From Octopus sinensis (lineage: Eukaryota), in contig NC_042997.1 of assembly GCF_006345805.1 (NCBI RefSeq), positions 212,412,001 to 212,476,000 of the forward strand: a stretch of 64,000 nt of DNA, given 5' to 3'. This document shows positions 34,725 through 47,058 of the stretch, one piece after another (position 1 is the stretch's first letter; each line of letters begins with the position of its first letter). Under the pieces are notes generated by a model that worked only from the letters and a program-made list of their open reading frames with translations, did no database searches and was not told the origin of the DNA. A program made the position numbers and the translations under genes.

Positions 34725-35130
34725 TTTTTCCATGCTGGCATGGGTTGGATGATTTGATTGCAAACTGGTAAGGTGGTGGTGGTAGGGGAAGTTTGCACCA
34801 GCTTCCAATTTGATATGGCATGGTTTCTATGACTAGATGCTCTTCCTAACATCAACCAATGTAAGAGCGGGCGTTTTTTTACGTGCCACCAGCATGGGTG
34901 CCAATTATGCAATACTGGTATTGGCTATGATTTCACTTGGCTTGACAGGCCTTCTCAAGCACAGCATATCACCAAAGGTCTTGGTCACCTATCATTGCCC
35001 CTGTGAGACCCAACATTCAAAGATCATGCTTCACCACCTCATCCCATGTCTTTCTGGGTCAACCTCTTCCACAGGTTCCCTCCACCATGAGCGTTCATCA
35101 CATCTTCACTCAGTTGTTCTCATCCATATT
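34725..35130 (-). mobile_element. RTE 3' fragment
   Basis: Tail plus RT end homologous to the other copies. Confidence 0.8.
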
Positions 35131-35539
35131 ATTATTGTTATTAATAATGATGATAATAATTCTTTCTACTATAAGGAGAGAATGCCTGAAATTTGAGGGA
35201 GAGGACTGGTTGATTGCATTGACCCCCACTGCTTAACTGGTACTTATTTTATTGGCTCTGAACGGGATGAAAGGCAAGATCAACCATGACATAATTTGAA
35301 CGAAGAACACTAAGCGCTTTGTCCAGCTTTGCTAACAATTCTGCTGCTTAATAATGATCATAATAATTGTTTCAAATTTTGGCACAAGGCCAAGTATTTT
35401 GGGGGTCAGGTTAAGTCAACTACATTGACCCCAGTGTGTAACTGGTACTTATTTTAGTAACCCCGAAAGGATGAAAGGTAAAGTTGGTCTTGGTGGAATT
35501 TGAACTCATTTGTAAAGGACAGAATGTCACTAAGCCTGG

Positions 35540-36310
35540 AATTTCATAATCAGTTCCACCATGAAGCTAACAACTTAAAAGACCAGGAAGCATCATGGAG
35601 GTGGCTCAGCAAAGGTGACCTCAAAAAGAAGAAGACTGAAAGCCTAATCATTGCTGCCCAGGATCAGGCATTGAATACCAACTCAATGGAAAGGGATATA
35701 TACCACACAGTTGCAATGAACCTCTGCAGAATATGTGGGAAAAGGGTCGAAAGTGTGACTTCAGAAATATGCCAGAAATATATATACATAAGAGGTAACA
35801 GGTTCTTGATAATGGACAAAAACAAGAAAGCAAAGATGCTCTGGAACTTTGACTTCTAGACAGACAAAATTTTAGAGCACTGACAGCAAGATATAGTAGC
35901 CTTTAGGAGGGTCAAAGAAGAGTGCCTTATCATAAATGTGGTCATGCCAGGAGATCAACATATTTTTTGAAAGAAAGGGAAAAGTTCGACAAATACGGAG
36001 ACCTAAGAACTGAGATCACCAAGATGAAGCAGCTGTGAGAGTGAGACATAAAGGTTGATCCTGTTGTCATCGGAGCAATTGGCTGAATACCACCTGACCT
36101 GAAGAAACATCTGGAAACTTTTGAAATACCCAACAATCTAGGTGTATTGCAAAAGTCGGCATTACTTGGAACTGCATACCATGCCAAGTACTGTCTGAGG
36201 CATTTGTTGTGTCTTGGCAGACTGTACAAATCCTCAGAAGACACACAATTCTTCAATCTGCATCATGATATTGGATACTGTGCAATGGCTTCAATAATAA
36301 TAATAATAAT
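35540..36310 (+). mobile_element. 5'-truncated R4/Dong fragment ending in (AAT)n
   Basis: SWRWLSKGDLKK..TESLIIAAQDQALNTN..CRICG..KMLWNFDF; PVVIGAIG..LQKSALLGTA. Confidence 0.88.
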
Positions 36311-37251
36311 ATCAGAAATATTGTCATTAGATTTCTTTAAAATATTTCTTCTTTTTTGTTGTGTGTGTCACATGTTCAGAATGTTTTAAATTCCTTGAAA
36401 CTTGTTTCCATCAGTTTTCAGTGAATTTTATTGTTGATTCTTAGTTACATTTTAATGTTTTCTGTTTAATATTGCTAATATTGAAGTTCTATATTTTGTG
36501 ATCTGTATATCCCTGTATAGAATCCATTTTCAGATTCTAGCTTGGTGTATATTGATATGTTTTGATGTGTAGGACGGGTGGGGCCCAGTATTTGCCCCGA
36601 TTTCAATCTATCCTGAAACATCAGCTGAACCTGATTGGAAATGAAATCGGTTACCATAGGGGTCATCAGCTGTTCTTTTAACCTACTTACCTAGTTTGTA
36701 CAATAGAATCTATTAAAGTATTGCTCCCCCAACACAGATGTGGAATTTTTTTTATAAACCATCAGGGTTCATTTGGCAGAATTTGAACTCAGAACATAGG
36801 CAGCTTGTCAGTCTGCAAATAAAATACACACTGGGGTCAATGTAGTTGACTTAACCTGACCCCTAAAATACCTGGCCTTGTGCCAAAATTTGAAACGATT
36901 ATTATGATCATTATTAAGGCAGCAGAATTGTTAGCAAAGCTGGACAAAGCGCTTAGTGTTCTTCGTTCAAATTCTGTCATGGTTGTTCAGTGGTCTTCAT
37001 ATATTTCTACAGAAACACTAACCTGACATGTTTTTGTAAACCATTACAAGAGATTTGATATTCAGTTTTAATCATTCTTGAGGTCTTAAATGATAGTTTT
37101 GTGTTGTTTAAATTCAATAAAACTATTTTTTTATAAAATGGACTTTTCTGCATAAAATATTCTTTAAAGATATATGGTAACAATGTCATTGTAAGCTGCT
37201 GGAGTCAAAAACATCATAGAAATCCTCTGGTTAAACAAACACACACACACA

Positions 37252-37291
<40 letters not shown>

Positions 37292-37687
37292 TGCACACAC
37301 CCACACACACAGTGGAAATATATCTCTTAGGTTTCAAGACTTTCTTTAGGAAGACTCTTTCATGAGAAATTGTTTCTGCATTCCTTGTCTTGCAGTGTTT
37401 CACATAAATGTCTTTGATTAAGTCACAATAAGTCTTCAACCAACAAGGCAGCCTCTCAACCTGCTAGAATTAACAGCCAAACTTCCCTCAATACTACCAT
37501 TAAAAAATGAAAGTAAAAAAAAAACCAACCCATTTTGCATAGTCAAGTCTTTTTGTAGATTACAAACGTGAAAAGGGACTGCTTGGTGTGTGGCTACAAT
37601 CTGTTTTGTTCTAAAGCTGGCTTGATCAAGGCTGACCTGTGGTTATAATATCAGCAATAAATTTCTGATAAAACCACACTGTAAAGA

Positions 37688-38003
37688 TCATCATCATCAT
37701 CATCGTTTAACGTCCACTTTCCATGCTAGCATGGGTTGGACGTGTGACTGAGGGCTGCACCAGGCTTCAATCTTGATCTGGGCAATGTTTCTACAGCTGG
37801 ATGCCCTTCCTAACGCCAACCACTTCGTTAGTGTAGTGGGTGCTTTTAACGTGTACCGGCACGGGGCTAGTCAGGCGGTACTGGCAACGACCTTGCTTGA
37901 ATCTTTTACACATGCCACCGGCACAGGTGCCAGTAAGGCGATGCTGGTAACGATCATGCTCGAATGGTGTCTTTTATGTGCCACCGGCATGGAGGCCAGA
38001 TAG
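37688..38003 (-). mobile_element. RTE 3'UTR/tail fragment
   Basis: Shared tail motif. Confidence 0.85.
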
Positions 38004-38715
38004 CCGCTGATATAATATTGATAGTGTATTGCTTTTTGATGTTACGCTCACCTGAACACCTCTGGCTGATGTGATAGCTCAAGAACCAAAATAAAGTATT
38101 TTCCAACATAGGCCATCACTACATTCTGCAAAAACTAATGTATGAAACAAAAATGTCCTGAACACTGATTCCTGTAGTCACACAACAAGATGATGATGGA
38201 TGGAATGCTTTTGATGATAGGGCTGTTGTCTCCAGGCTGCTGACCTCAATTGTAAGGTTGCCTCTACTGTTTGCTCAAAATGAAATAAGGAGAGATATAA
38301 GTTCTATGTGTGTAGCCATGAGTAAAATAATGATGTCGTCCTCAGCTCTTTTGCAGCCACTTCATCTTACTACTTTCTTTTATATATTATGTAAATTGGA
38401 TTTAATTATTCAGTTGTTCATAATATAATGTCACAACTGTGCCACTGATTCATTTTCAAGGGATTTTTTTTTCCCTCTCTGTTAATATTTTCTCAAAATA
38501 AAAGAGTATTATTAAGAATTTCTTTCTTTTCTTAACAAAATATTTATGCTTTTCACAGGTTTCATGATTGCAGTTTAGTTTTGTTCAAATCTATCTGCTA
38601 ATTCATTTTGTCATTATTATTATTATTTAGAAATACCTTTATGTAAAAGACATTATGCAGGGAAGAAAGGAAATAATGGTAATTTTCTTTTCTGATCTCT
38701 CTCTCTCTCTCTCTT

Positions 38716-38758
<43 letters not shown>

Positions 38759-38877
38759 TGTGTGTGTGCGTGTATATATATATAGATAGATAGATAGGAA
38801 ACTGAAAACTTCTCAAATTATTTGGAATTTCTTCTGATCTTCAGACAATAGTAACGAATAAAGCATAAAGAAAAATA

Positions 38878-38912
<35 letters not shown>

Positions 38913-38917
<5 letters not shown>

Positions 38918-39116
38918 TAGGTGAATGAATTATCCTATGTTTATCGTCAGCATGGAAAATTCGTTTAACCGAAACCTGGGTAGCAAATTCACGTCAGAAA
39001 CACGGTTGAAGCGACCTGCCAAGGGTAGAAACTCCGGGTTCATGTCTAGAAATTGGTGTGTTGTATATGAATAAATGAAAGAATGGAGTCGAACGAAGAT
39101 GTTAACAAAATTTCTT

Positions 39117-39120
<4 letters not shown>
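38913..39120 (+). mobile_element. Homolog of the 21490-21690 PLE-associated segment, truncated just before the hammerhead
   Basis: gaatgaattatcct..catggaaaatt..gggtagcaaa..gcgacct..aatggagt.gaac; lies between (TA)n and (CT)n(TA)n. Confidence 0.7.
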
Positions 39121-39167
<47 letters not shown>

Positions 39168-39370
39168 GTGTGTGTGCATGTAAGTATATAATAGAATGTG
39201 TTGAAAATCTTTCAAATGATGAGTGTTGACTGGGTGCAGGAAAAATCCCATTAAACTTCATTTGTCGAGGCCCCTGTTTGAAAAGGTTCCATACTAGGAA
39301 TGCTCAAGACAGGATAGAAGGTGACTTGGAGTTATGGTAGTGATTGAAAAAATAGAACAATAGTGGTCAT

Positions 39371-39535
39371 CACCATCATTGTTTCATGTCTGTTTTCCAT
39401 GCTGGCATGGGTTGGAAGGTTTGACTAAGGACTGGCAAGCAAGGAGGCCGCACTAGACTCCAATCTGATCAGACAACGTTTCTACAGCTGGATGCCCTTC
39501 CTGATGCCAACCACTCCGAGAGTGTAGTGGGTGTA
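39371..39535 (-). mobile_element. RTE tail fragment
   Basis: Shared tail motif. Confidence 0.8.
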
Positions 39536-39639
39536 CAGAAAAATGTGTTATGAAAAGTCAACAAAATTTGGATGCAATCAAAGTTGGTGTACAAGTGATA
39601 GGTGTATATATAGTTAGACCTATATAGCTGTTGTGTATA

Positions 39640-40640
39640 GTTAGGCGTATATATGTGCCCTCAGCCACTGCTCTCTTTCTCCACTGTTATATTTCATTCT
39701 AAACACCTTCTCTTATCTGCTAACATTCTCAATACTCTCCCATATATCTATCATCATGATCTACCTACAATAACAGCCCCTTATGTGTCCCTATATCTCC
39801 CTCTTCACTTCTCCTACACCTTGCACATCATCCCACTACTTTTTGTTCTATTCTCCATCATGAGCCCCCCTCCTCCCCCTATATCTTGCATATTGCCCCC
39901 CCCTCTCCATTACTGGTGTTCCCCATCAGTTGCATCCCCCCCGCCCTTGTTCATCTCTCATTACATTAACCTCTACCTCCACCTGCTCTTATCCTCCCCC
40001 TCTTGCCCTCTGATGAGTATCCGCACACTCATTGTTCAAAGCCTCCCTGGACCTCAAGTGGCCTGAACTCTTTGCATGAACACCACCTGTACTTAACTCC
40101 TTGTCCCCCTACATGGCCTTGCTATTTGCTTTTGAGCCAAATTAACTAACTAACTAACTAACTAACTCCCTCATCCCCTCCCATATCCTCCCTTATGCTC
40201 ACCCTCTTGGGAGCCTGTTCTGGTACCCCATCACCATCTTCCTTTCATCTCCTCCAGCCATGTAATCTCCTCCATAACAAGACACCTGTGCTCCCCCCTC
40301 CATCATACTTTAGCCTTTCAACACCTGGCATAAAGCCATCCACCTCCACCTTCCCCTCCCGAATGCTTCCTGGTTGTAGGGGCTTTTCGTTTTCCCTTTT
40401 ATTCGGTTCTTTTCTATCTTACAAGCAACATGGCAAACTCACTAGTGTTGGTGGCACAAAAACAAAAGGCACCGAGTCCACTCTGTAAAGTGGCTGGCAT
40501 TAGGAAGGGCATCCAGCTGTAGAGACCATGCAAAAGATGACACTGGAGCTTGACGGAGCCCTGCACCTTACCAGTTACCTGTGGAACCACCTTAACCCAT
40601 GCCAGCATGAAAAGCAGATGTTAAATGATGATGATGATGA
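39640..40640 (+). mobile_element. Long C/T-rich tract followed by an RTE-type tail
   Basis: ~750 nt of pyrimidine-rich sequence, then ccactctgtaaagtggctggcattaggaagggcatccagc..gttaaatgatgatg. Confidence 0.6.
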
Positions 40641-42189
40641 TTCCCTTTCCAGTTGGGGCAACCATCTATCTCCCCTACAGCAGGTTACCTGTTTCTCTCC
40701 CCCAATAATTGCTTTAGCCTTTCAACACCTGGTAAAAAGTCACTTCCTACCCACCTCTCCCAAACTCCACCCCCTCACACACACACACACACAAGCACTT
40801 AGTTGAGGGAGATTTTTCCTATTCTTTACACATCTTGCAAGTTCCTTGGCAACCATACTAATGCCAGTGGCACAAAAAAAGTGTAAACTTACTGGCATTC
40901 AGAAGGGCACCCACCTCTACAGCCCTTATCAAAGCTAACACTGAAACCCGACAGTTTTGATAAATGATTATTATATATATATATATCATCATCATCATCA
41001 TTGTTTAACATCCACTTTCCATGTTGGCATTGGTTGGATGGTTTGACAGGTAAGTGGCCAACTGGGAGCTGTCCAGACTCCATCTGTCAGTTACATATAA
41101 CTCTGTCTCAGATGAGTGATTGTGTGTTATGCATTTGCTAATTGTTTCAGGGGCCTTTGTAGTTGTCAGCTGATACAGATAGTTTCTCACCTTTGACCCT
41201 GAAGGGCATTGAGGCTGTAACACTTTCCACTGAGTGGAGCAATTTGAAATTGTCTTACTCAAGGACACAGTGTGCATTGCCAAGTTTAGAAATTGAACCT
41301 AACACCCTCAGCCACTTGGCTTTACACACTCACCAGTCTGTGCAAAGGCTTGGACTACTAAATGTGAAACAACAAAGAAGAATCAAAATGGAGTCTGACA
41401 ACAGCACCATCGCCTTTTATGTTGGTATTATTGATAAAGGCGGCTGATACTAGAAGAGATGGCAGTTAGGAGCATGTCTGCAGGAAAGGTCAAAGGACAC
41501 ATCTTAAGTTCTGTGTAGAAGAATCCTTGACAGAATGAGTGCCGTTTTTCACATGGACAGCTGACAACATCTCTTCAACTAGGAATTTCCTTGATCATAC
41601 AAGGAAGCTATACCCATGATTAAACCAAGTGCTATCTGGGTCTCTTACATTCAGCAAGTTTTCTTTTCAGAGTTAGTGAAGGAGAGCCCTTTCTAGTCGA
41701 TCTGTGCAATCATCATTATCATTTAGTTTTCCATGCAGACATGATCCAAGCCAGTTCTTATGTGGAGTTATATTTCTCTTAAGCAGGACACCATGTCTCT
41801 TGCAAGACATTTCTCTTACTCAAATTTGCATTGTTAATATATTTTGATTACAATTTGTTCATATGCTTATTTAAATAATTTCAATTCACTCTAGTTTCCC
41901 CCTACACACACACACACAGATTTCCTTATATATTTTCACTCAATGGTTCCTTTCTAAGAACTTCCCCTATAAACCGTTTACAGTTTAATCAAAGACTTCA
42001 TTTTATTCAGTTATTTGTATGGCACATAATCCTTTCCCCTATATTTTTTCTATGCATATATTATTAATATTTTTTCTCCTAGTCCCTAACATCACCTTAT
42101 ATTAAGCTCTGTCCACGCATTTTGGTCACTCCTTTTATTGAATATTTTTCAATTAGGAACTTCAGCAAATGGAATGGGCTATTTTTTCA

Positions 42190-42651
42190 GCATCCTGCGT
42201 CACGGAAGCCAGTCGAGGCGGTGCTGGCATTGGCCACGAGTGGGATCGTGCTTTTTACGTACCACCAGACCAGGGATCCTGGCTGGTTCAATCGAAATCA
42301 AATTGAACCAGCCAGGATCCCTGGTCTGGTGGTACGTAAAAAGCACTATCCGACTCGTGGCCGATGCCAGCACCGCCTCGACTGGCTTCCATGCCGGTGG
42401 CACATAAAATACACCAATCCGACCGTGGCCGTTGCCAGCCTCGCCTGGCACCTGTGCAGGTGGCACATAAAAAGCACCCACTACACTCACGGAGTGGTTG
42501 GCGTTAGGAAGGGCATCCAGCTGTAGAAACATTGCCAGATAAGACCGGAGCCTGGTGCAGCCTTCTGGCTTCCCAGATCCCCGGTCGAACCGTCCAACCC
42601 ATGCTAGAATGGAGAACGGACGTTAAACGATGATGACGATGATGATGATGA
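42190..42651 (+). mobile_element. RTE 3'UTR/tail with an 89-bp fold-back inverted duplication at its 5' end
   Basis: Arms 42204-42292 and 42302-42390, 3 mismatches, 9-nt loop; (GAT)n tail at 42630-42651. Confidence 0.88.
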
Positions 42652-43559
42652 TTGGGGGTGGTGTATGTATGTTTGTCTTTTTTCTTGTCAGTTTCCGGAG
42701 TTTCATCTGAAGATTAGTAACAAAACACTCTGAGTAATGATTTGTGAAGTTTTCAGTCTCATACTTATACCTCTACTTTCTGTATTGAGCACTCTCTTGC
42801 TGACATTGTGTTCATATCCAGGGTGTGGCAGGAAAACCTGATGGATTTTAAAATGACAATGATTTGACTGATGGCTGGGGTGACAATCATGACCTTGATG
42901 ATGCTGATGCCATTTCAATAATTATGAAACAATCAATTTATCTCATGAGGCTTTTGTGAAATAACCCACAAGAGAAAGCAAATGAAACTTCCAAGCGAAA
43001 CTTTCTGTTGCATTTTAACGACCATCATAATGGTTAGAAAACTTTTGGTTCATGAAAAAAGAAACCCCGATGAGCTGTGTGGACCGCAGATAACATCAGG
43101 TGAGACGACGTAGTGAACAGTCCTTGCCGTTCTGCTGCTGCACTCGGCATTTTGTTTGTGAAGAATGCTGCACCCTAATTTAAATATTCATCCTTGTATG
43201 GTTATGGGTTTTGCAAGAAATAAGTCAGTTGAAAAGCACCAGATGACATGTCTTGGAACCCTTTTCAAGAACGATGGAGCACATTTCCATCTGTTTGTTT
43301 TCATAAACAAAATAAATTTACTTCTGACTGGAATCCATGGCATCGAGAGTCCCATACACTGTGAACATGCAACTATGTCGAGATGTGTGGCAAACTGTGG
43401 TGTGGTTGCTCCATGCTGGACACACAATAACAATGAATTCTGAGGATTCTGGTTTCATGTTGTGCCACATAGCAGCAGTGATCAGCCAAACGGTAAGATT
43501 TTCCTTCCATGGACATTATTAAAGAACCCATATTACTCTTTTACTCTCTCTCTCTTACT

Positions 43560-43754
43560 CTTTTACTTGTTTCAGTCATTTGACTGTGGCCATGCTGGAG
43601 CACCGCCTTTAGTCGAGCAACTCGACCCCGGGACTTATTCTTTTTGTAAGCCCAGTACTTATTCTATCGATCTCTTTTTTGCCGAACCGCTAAGTGACGG
43701 GGACGTAAACACACCAGCATCGGTTGTCAAGCAATGCTAGGGGAACAAACACAG

Positions 43755-43828
<74 letters not shown>

Positions 43829-43985
43829 GACAAGCTTCTTTCAGTTTCCGTCTACCAAATCCACTCACAAGGCATTGGTCGGCCCGGGGCTATAGCAGAA
43901 GACACTTGCCCAAGATGCCACACAGTGGGACTGAACCCGGAACCATGTGGTTGGTTAGCAAGCTACTTACCACACAGCCACTCCT
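43560..43985 (-). mobile_element. SINE family B, full length, with expanded internal (TA)n
   Basis: Complete head-to-tail match; (TA)n at ~43763-43826. Confidence 0.9.
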
Positions 43986-44342
43986 GCTGACCATGCACTT
44001 CCCCAACATGGTGACCTATCATGGCCTGTTCAGTTACTTGTCCTTTTCGTTTGGGATTATTCTCTTTTATGGCAACTTCAAAGGGAAAGGATTTCTCAAT
44101 GAACTTCACACGCTGGATCAACTGAAGCATTGAGGTTATGGCAGTAGTATTAGAAATGGTTTGGCACAGTATGGAAAATAAGCCAACATTTCAATGATGT
44201 TAGTATTGAAACTAAATCAACTGCTATGGGTTTATAAATGGCACACATTGTTCTCTATATTTACTCAATAAAAGTTACTAATTATCTTATGTTTACCAAC
44301 ATTCTATTCATTTAAAAGCCATCAGGTTTCCCTGTCAAACCC

Positions 44343-44380
<38 letters not shown>

Positions 44381-44654
44381 TGAGAATATATGAGGAGAAT
44401 GTATTTTCATGCAAAGTTTACTAAAATTAATTCTCAAGTTATGTCAAATTTAGATCTACAAAACACTGTAGAACTTAAGTGTAAATAATTAAACAAAGAT
44501 ATGTCAAAATATTCAATATTCTTCTTATAATTTCTCACTTGCCGTATGTGTTTCACAGACATATGCATAAGAAATATATACATATATGTTGCCTCCCTCA
44601 GTAGGAACAAAAGACAACACTATTTGAAAATTACTGTGAACGTATGTGCATGTA

Positions 44655-44694
<40 letters not shown>

Positions 44695-45169
44695 CACACA
44701 CACATACATACACACACACGGACATGTAGATACTCTAGTAAACACAAATCGAAATATTAGCTAATCAACTAAAACATCATGCTTTGCCATTTAAAGTGGC
44801 AGACCATCCAAATTTAATGTTAAAGAAACAGATAGGAACTATAATGATAATAATAATTATCAGTGCTTTGAGAATAGTACCAAATGGTGCTCTTAAACTC
44901 TATGGTGAAATATCAGAAAACTCAACTACAAAATAGTTTTGCCCTGGTTACTGCCCACTTCCTAAGAATAACGGTTTCAAAGTCACAGATATTACAACAA
45001 ACTTTTGACAGAATCTTAAGTCTCAGTGTCTGGTCTCTTTTCCTTGCTGGTCATAAATAACAGCCATAGGAAAATGTCCATCTTGCTTTTTGTTGAAGTC
45101 CAAGAGTGAGATTTGGAACAATTTGTATAAAAGAAAAGCAACAACAAGGTAAATAATATTAATAATAAT

Positions 45170-45330
45170 TTTGGTTTCAAATTTTGGCACGAGGCCAGCA
45201 ATTTTGGGGGAGGGGTTAAATCAATTACATCCGCCCCAGTGCTCAACTGGTACTTATTTTATCCACCCTGTAAGGATGAAAGGCAAAGTGGAGCTCAGCG
45301 GAATTCGAACTCAGAATGTAAAGACGGACG
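45170..45330 (-). mobile_element. SINE family A relative
   Basis: gtttcaaattttggcac..actggtacttattttatc..ggatgaaaggcaaagt..attcgaactcagaa. Confidence 0.75.
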
Positions 45331-46110
45331 TCACGTTTTGGCTCGAAATTCATGTAATACAAAGCAAACAAAAATGTGTGTGTGAATGTATGTGTACATA
45401 TATATGTGTGTGTGTGTCAGTGTGTCAGTAGTTATTGTGATTTTTGTAGAATTATAATTTTAATGATAACATGCTATTTGTAGATAAATATAATTTTTGT
45501 TTTGATTGCCTTTTTGAGTTTCTTCAAAATTGTTTCTGTTCACTAATGATGATGATGATGATGATGATTTGTAGAGATGTTGTTGTTGTTGCTGTTGTTT
45601 GTAGCATTAACATAAAACCAGATTTCATACTGCGTAGTATTTAGCCGTGGTTGATTACCATTCCTGTTTGCGTTGGCTGCAGTGGTTGGCATTTTCTGTT
45701 ATTTAGTTGCTGTGGTTATGTTTCTTTCTGTTGTAGTGTAAAGTGATTCTGTGTCATTTCAGTTTTAATTATTTTCTGTGCTAGAACAAAGAAACTTTTC
45801 AGCAATTATTTATCTTTTGTAAGTTCAAAACTACAAAAGAATCACCTTTTCAGCTTCATCTTGTTTATAAATTTTTTAAAATTCCTTTTTCAACCGTTTA
45901 ATCAGCATTTAAACCTCTCTAATTCATTTTTAATCAAAACATTTTTTCCGATATTTGTTTCTGATGTGTAACAATCTGCATTTAAAATATTTACAAATGA
46001 ATTTAACTTTTACAAATTCAATGTATTTCAAATATATAGAATTTGTAAATCATGTTTGTGTGTATATATATATAAGTGAGCAAGTTGGTGTGTGAAAGCA
46101 CGTGGTTGAA

Positions 46111-46391
46111 TATATAGAAAATAGTAAAAAGTGAAAAAACTACAGAAGGCTTGTTAGGTTAAAAAATATATTTGAGTCATTATGTCAGAAGAATGTTATA
46201 AAATTTTTTCATACAGTAACATAGTTTTTGAAGAAATTACCGGTTTCGTGTTAACTTTTCAAATTTCTCAAAACATTGTCTTATGTCTTCGTTATGAAGT
46301 GCAAAGAAGACATAATGTCTTCTGACATAATGACTCAAATATATTTTTTAACCTTTTAAAACAAGCCTTCTGTAGTTTTTTCACTTTTTAC

Positions 46392-46402
<11 letters not shown>
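46111..46402. mobile_element. MITE-like inverted repeat, ~82-bp arms
   Basis: 46111-46192 is the reverse complement of 46318-46402 apart from a 5-nt insertion and one mismatch. Confidence 0.75.
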
Positions 46403-46426
<24 letters not shown>

Positions 46427-46429
<3 letters not shown>

Positions 46430-46754
46430 TCTCCCTGTTTTTTTCTGTCCCTTTCTGTAGAAGAGCGTAGGCTCGAAACGTAAAAGACTTTTTTCTATTC
46501 CTGAGCGTTATACTAATACATCTGTTTGTTTTGTACACCACCTGTCTTCGTCTTTTATTTTTTTCGTAAACTCTCCCTATATATATATATATTATATATA
46601 TATATATTCTCTCCCTGTTTTTTTCTGTCCCTTTCTGTAGAAGAGCGTAGGCTCGAAACGTAAAAGACTTTTTTCTATTCCTGAGCGTTATACTAATACA
46701 TCTGTTTGTTTTGTACACCACCTGTCTTCGTCTTTTATTTTTTTCGTAAACTCT

Positions 46755-46760
<6 letters not shown>
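46427..46760 (+). repeat. Two identical tandem units (period 180 bp), each with a variant hammerhead motif (46447-46488 and 46627-46668)
   Basis: Lines 46441/46621, 46501/46681 and 46561/46741 match; motif GTC-cc-TTT-CTGTAGA-A-GAGC-gtag-GCTC-GAAA-CG-TA-AAAGAC. Confidence 0.85.
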
Positions 46761-46800
<40 letters not shown>

Positions 46801-46806
<6 letters not shown>

Positions 46807-47058
46807 TTGCTATTATGTTAAACTGTCGTATGTCCAAATTTGGCCAAATGTGTTTTTTTTTTTAATGTTTATTTTTGCTTAAAACAGCTGGTTCTTTCAG
46901 TCAAAGTATCATATCTCCAGCTGCTTCAGCTGCCAAGATATGAAAATTATCAAAGTGTAGTACAACATTTTTGCTACGGAATGGTGAAACCATTTTTTTC
47001 ATTTTCAGAAAAAGCAACATTTTGGACTTACGACACTTTTGCATAATAGCAACGATAT
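46801..47058. mobile_element. MITE-like element with 38-bp imperfect TIRs
   Basis: atatcgttgctattatgttaaactgtcgtatgtccaaa (46801-38) versus tttggacttacgacacttttgcataatagcaacgatat (47021-58). Confidence 0.75.

Noticed and set aside
43070-43110. Hammerhead-like ccgatgagctgtg..cgcag
   Set aside because: It lacks GAAA and a stem III. The region may instead be a very decayed mariner, but the evidence was too weak to annotate.
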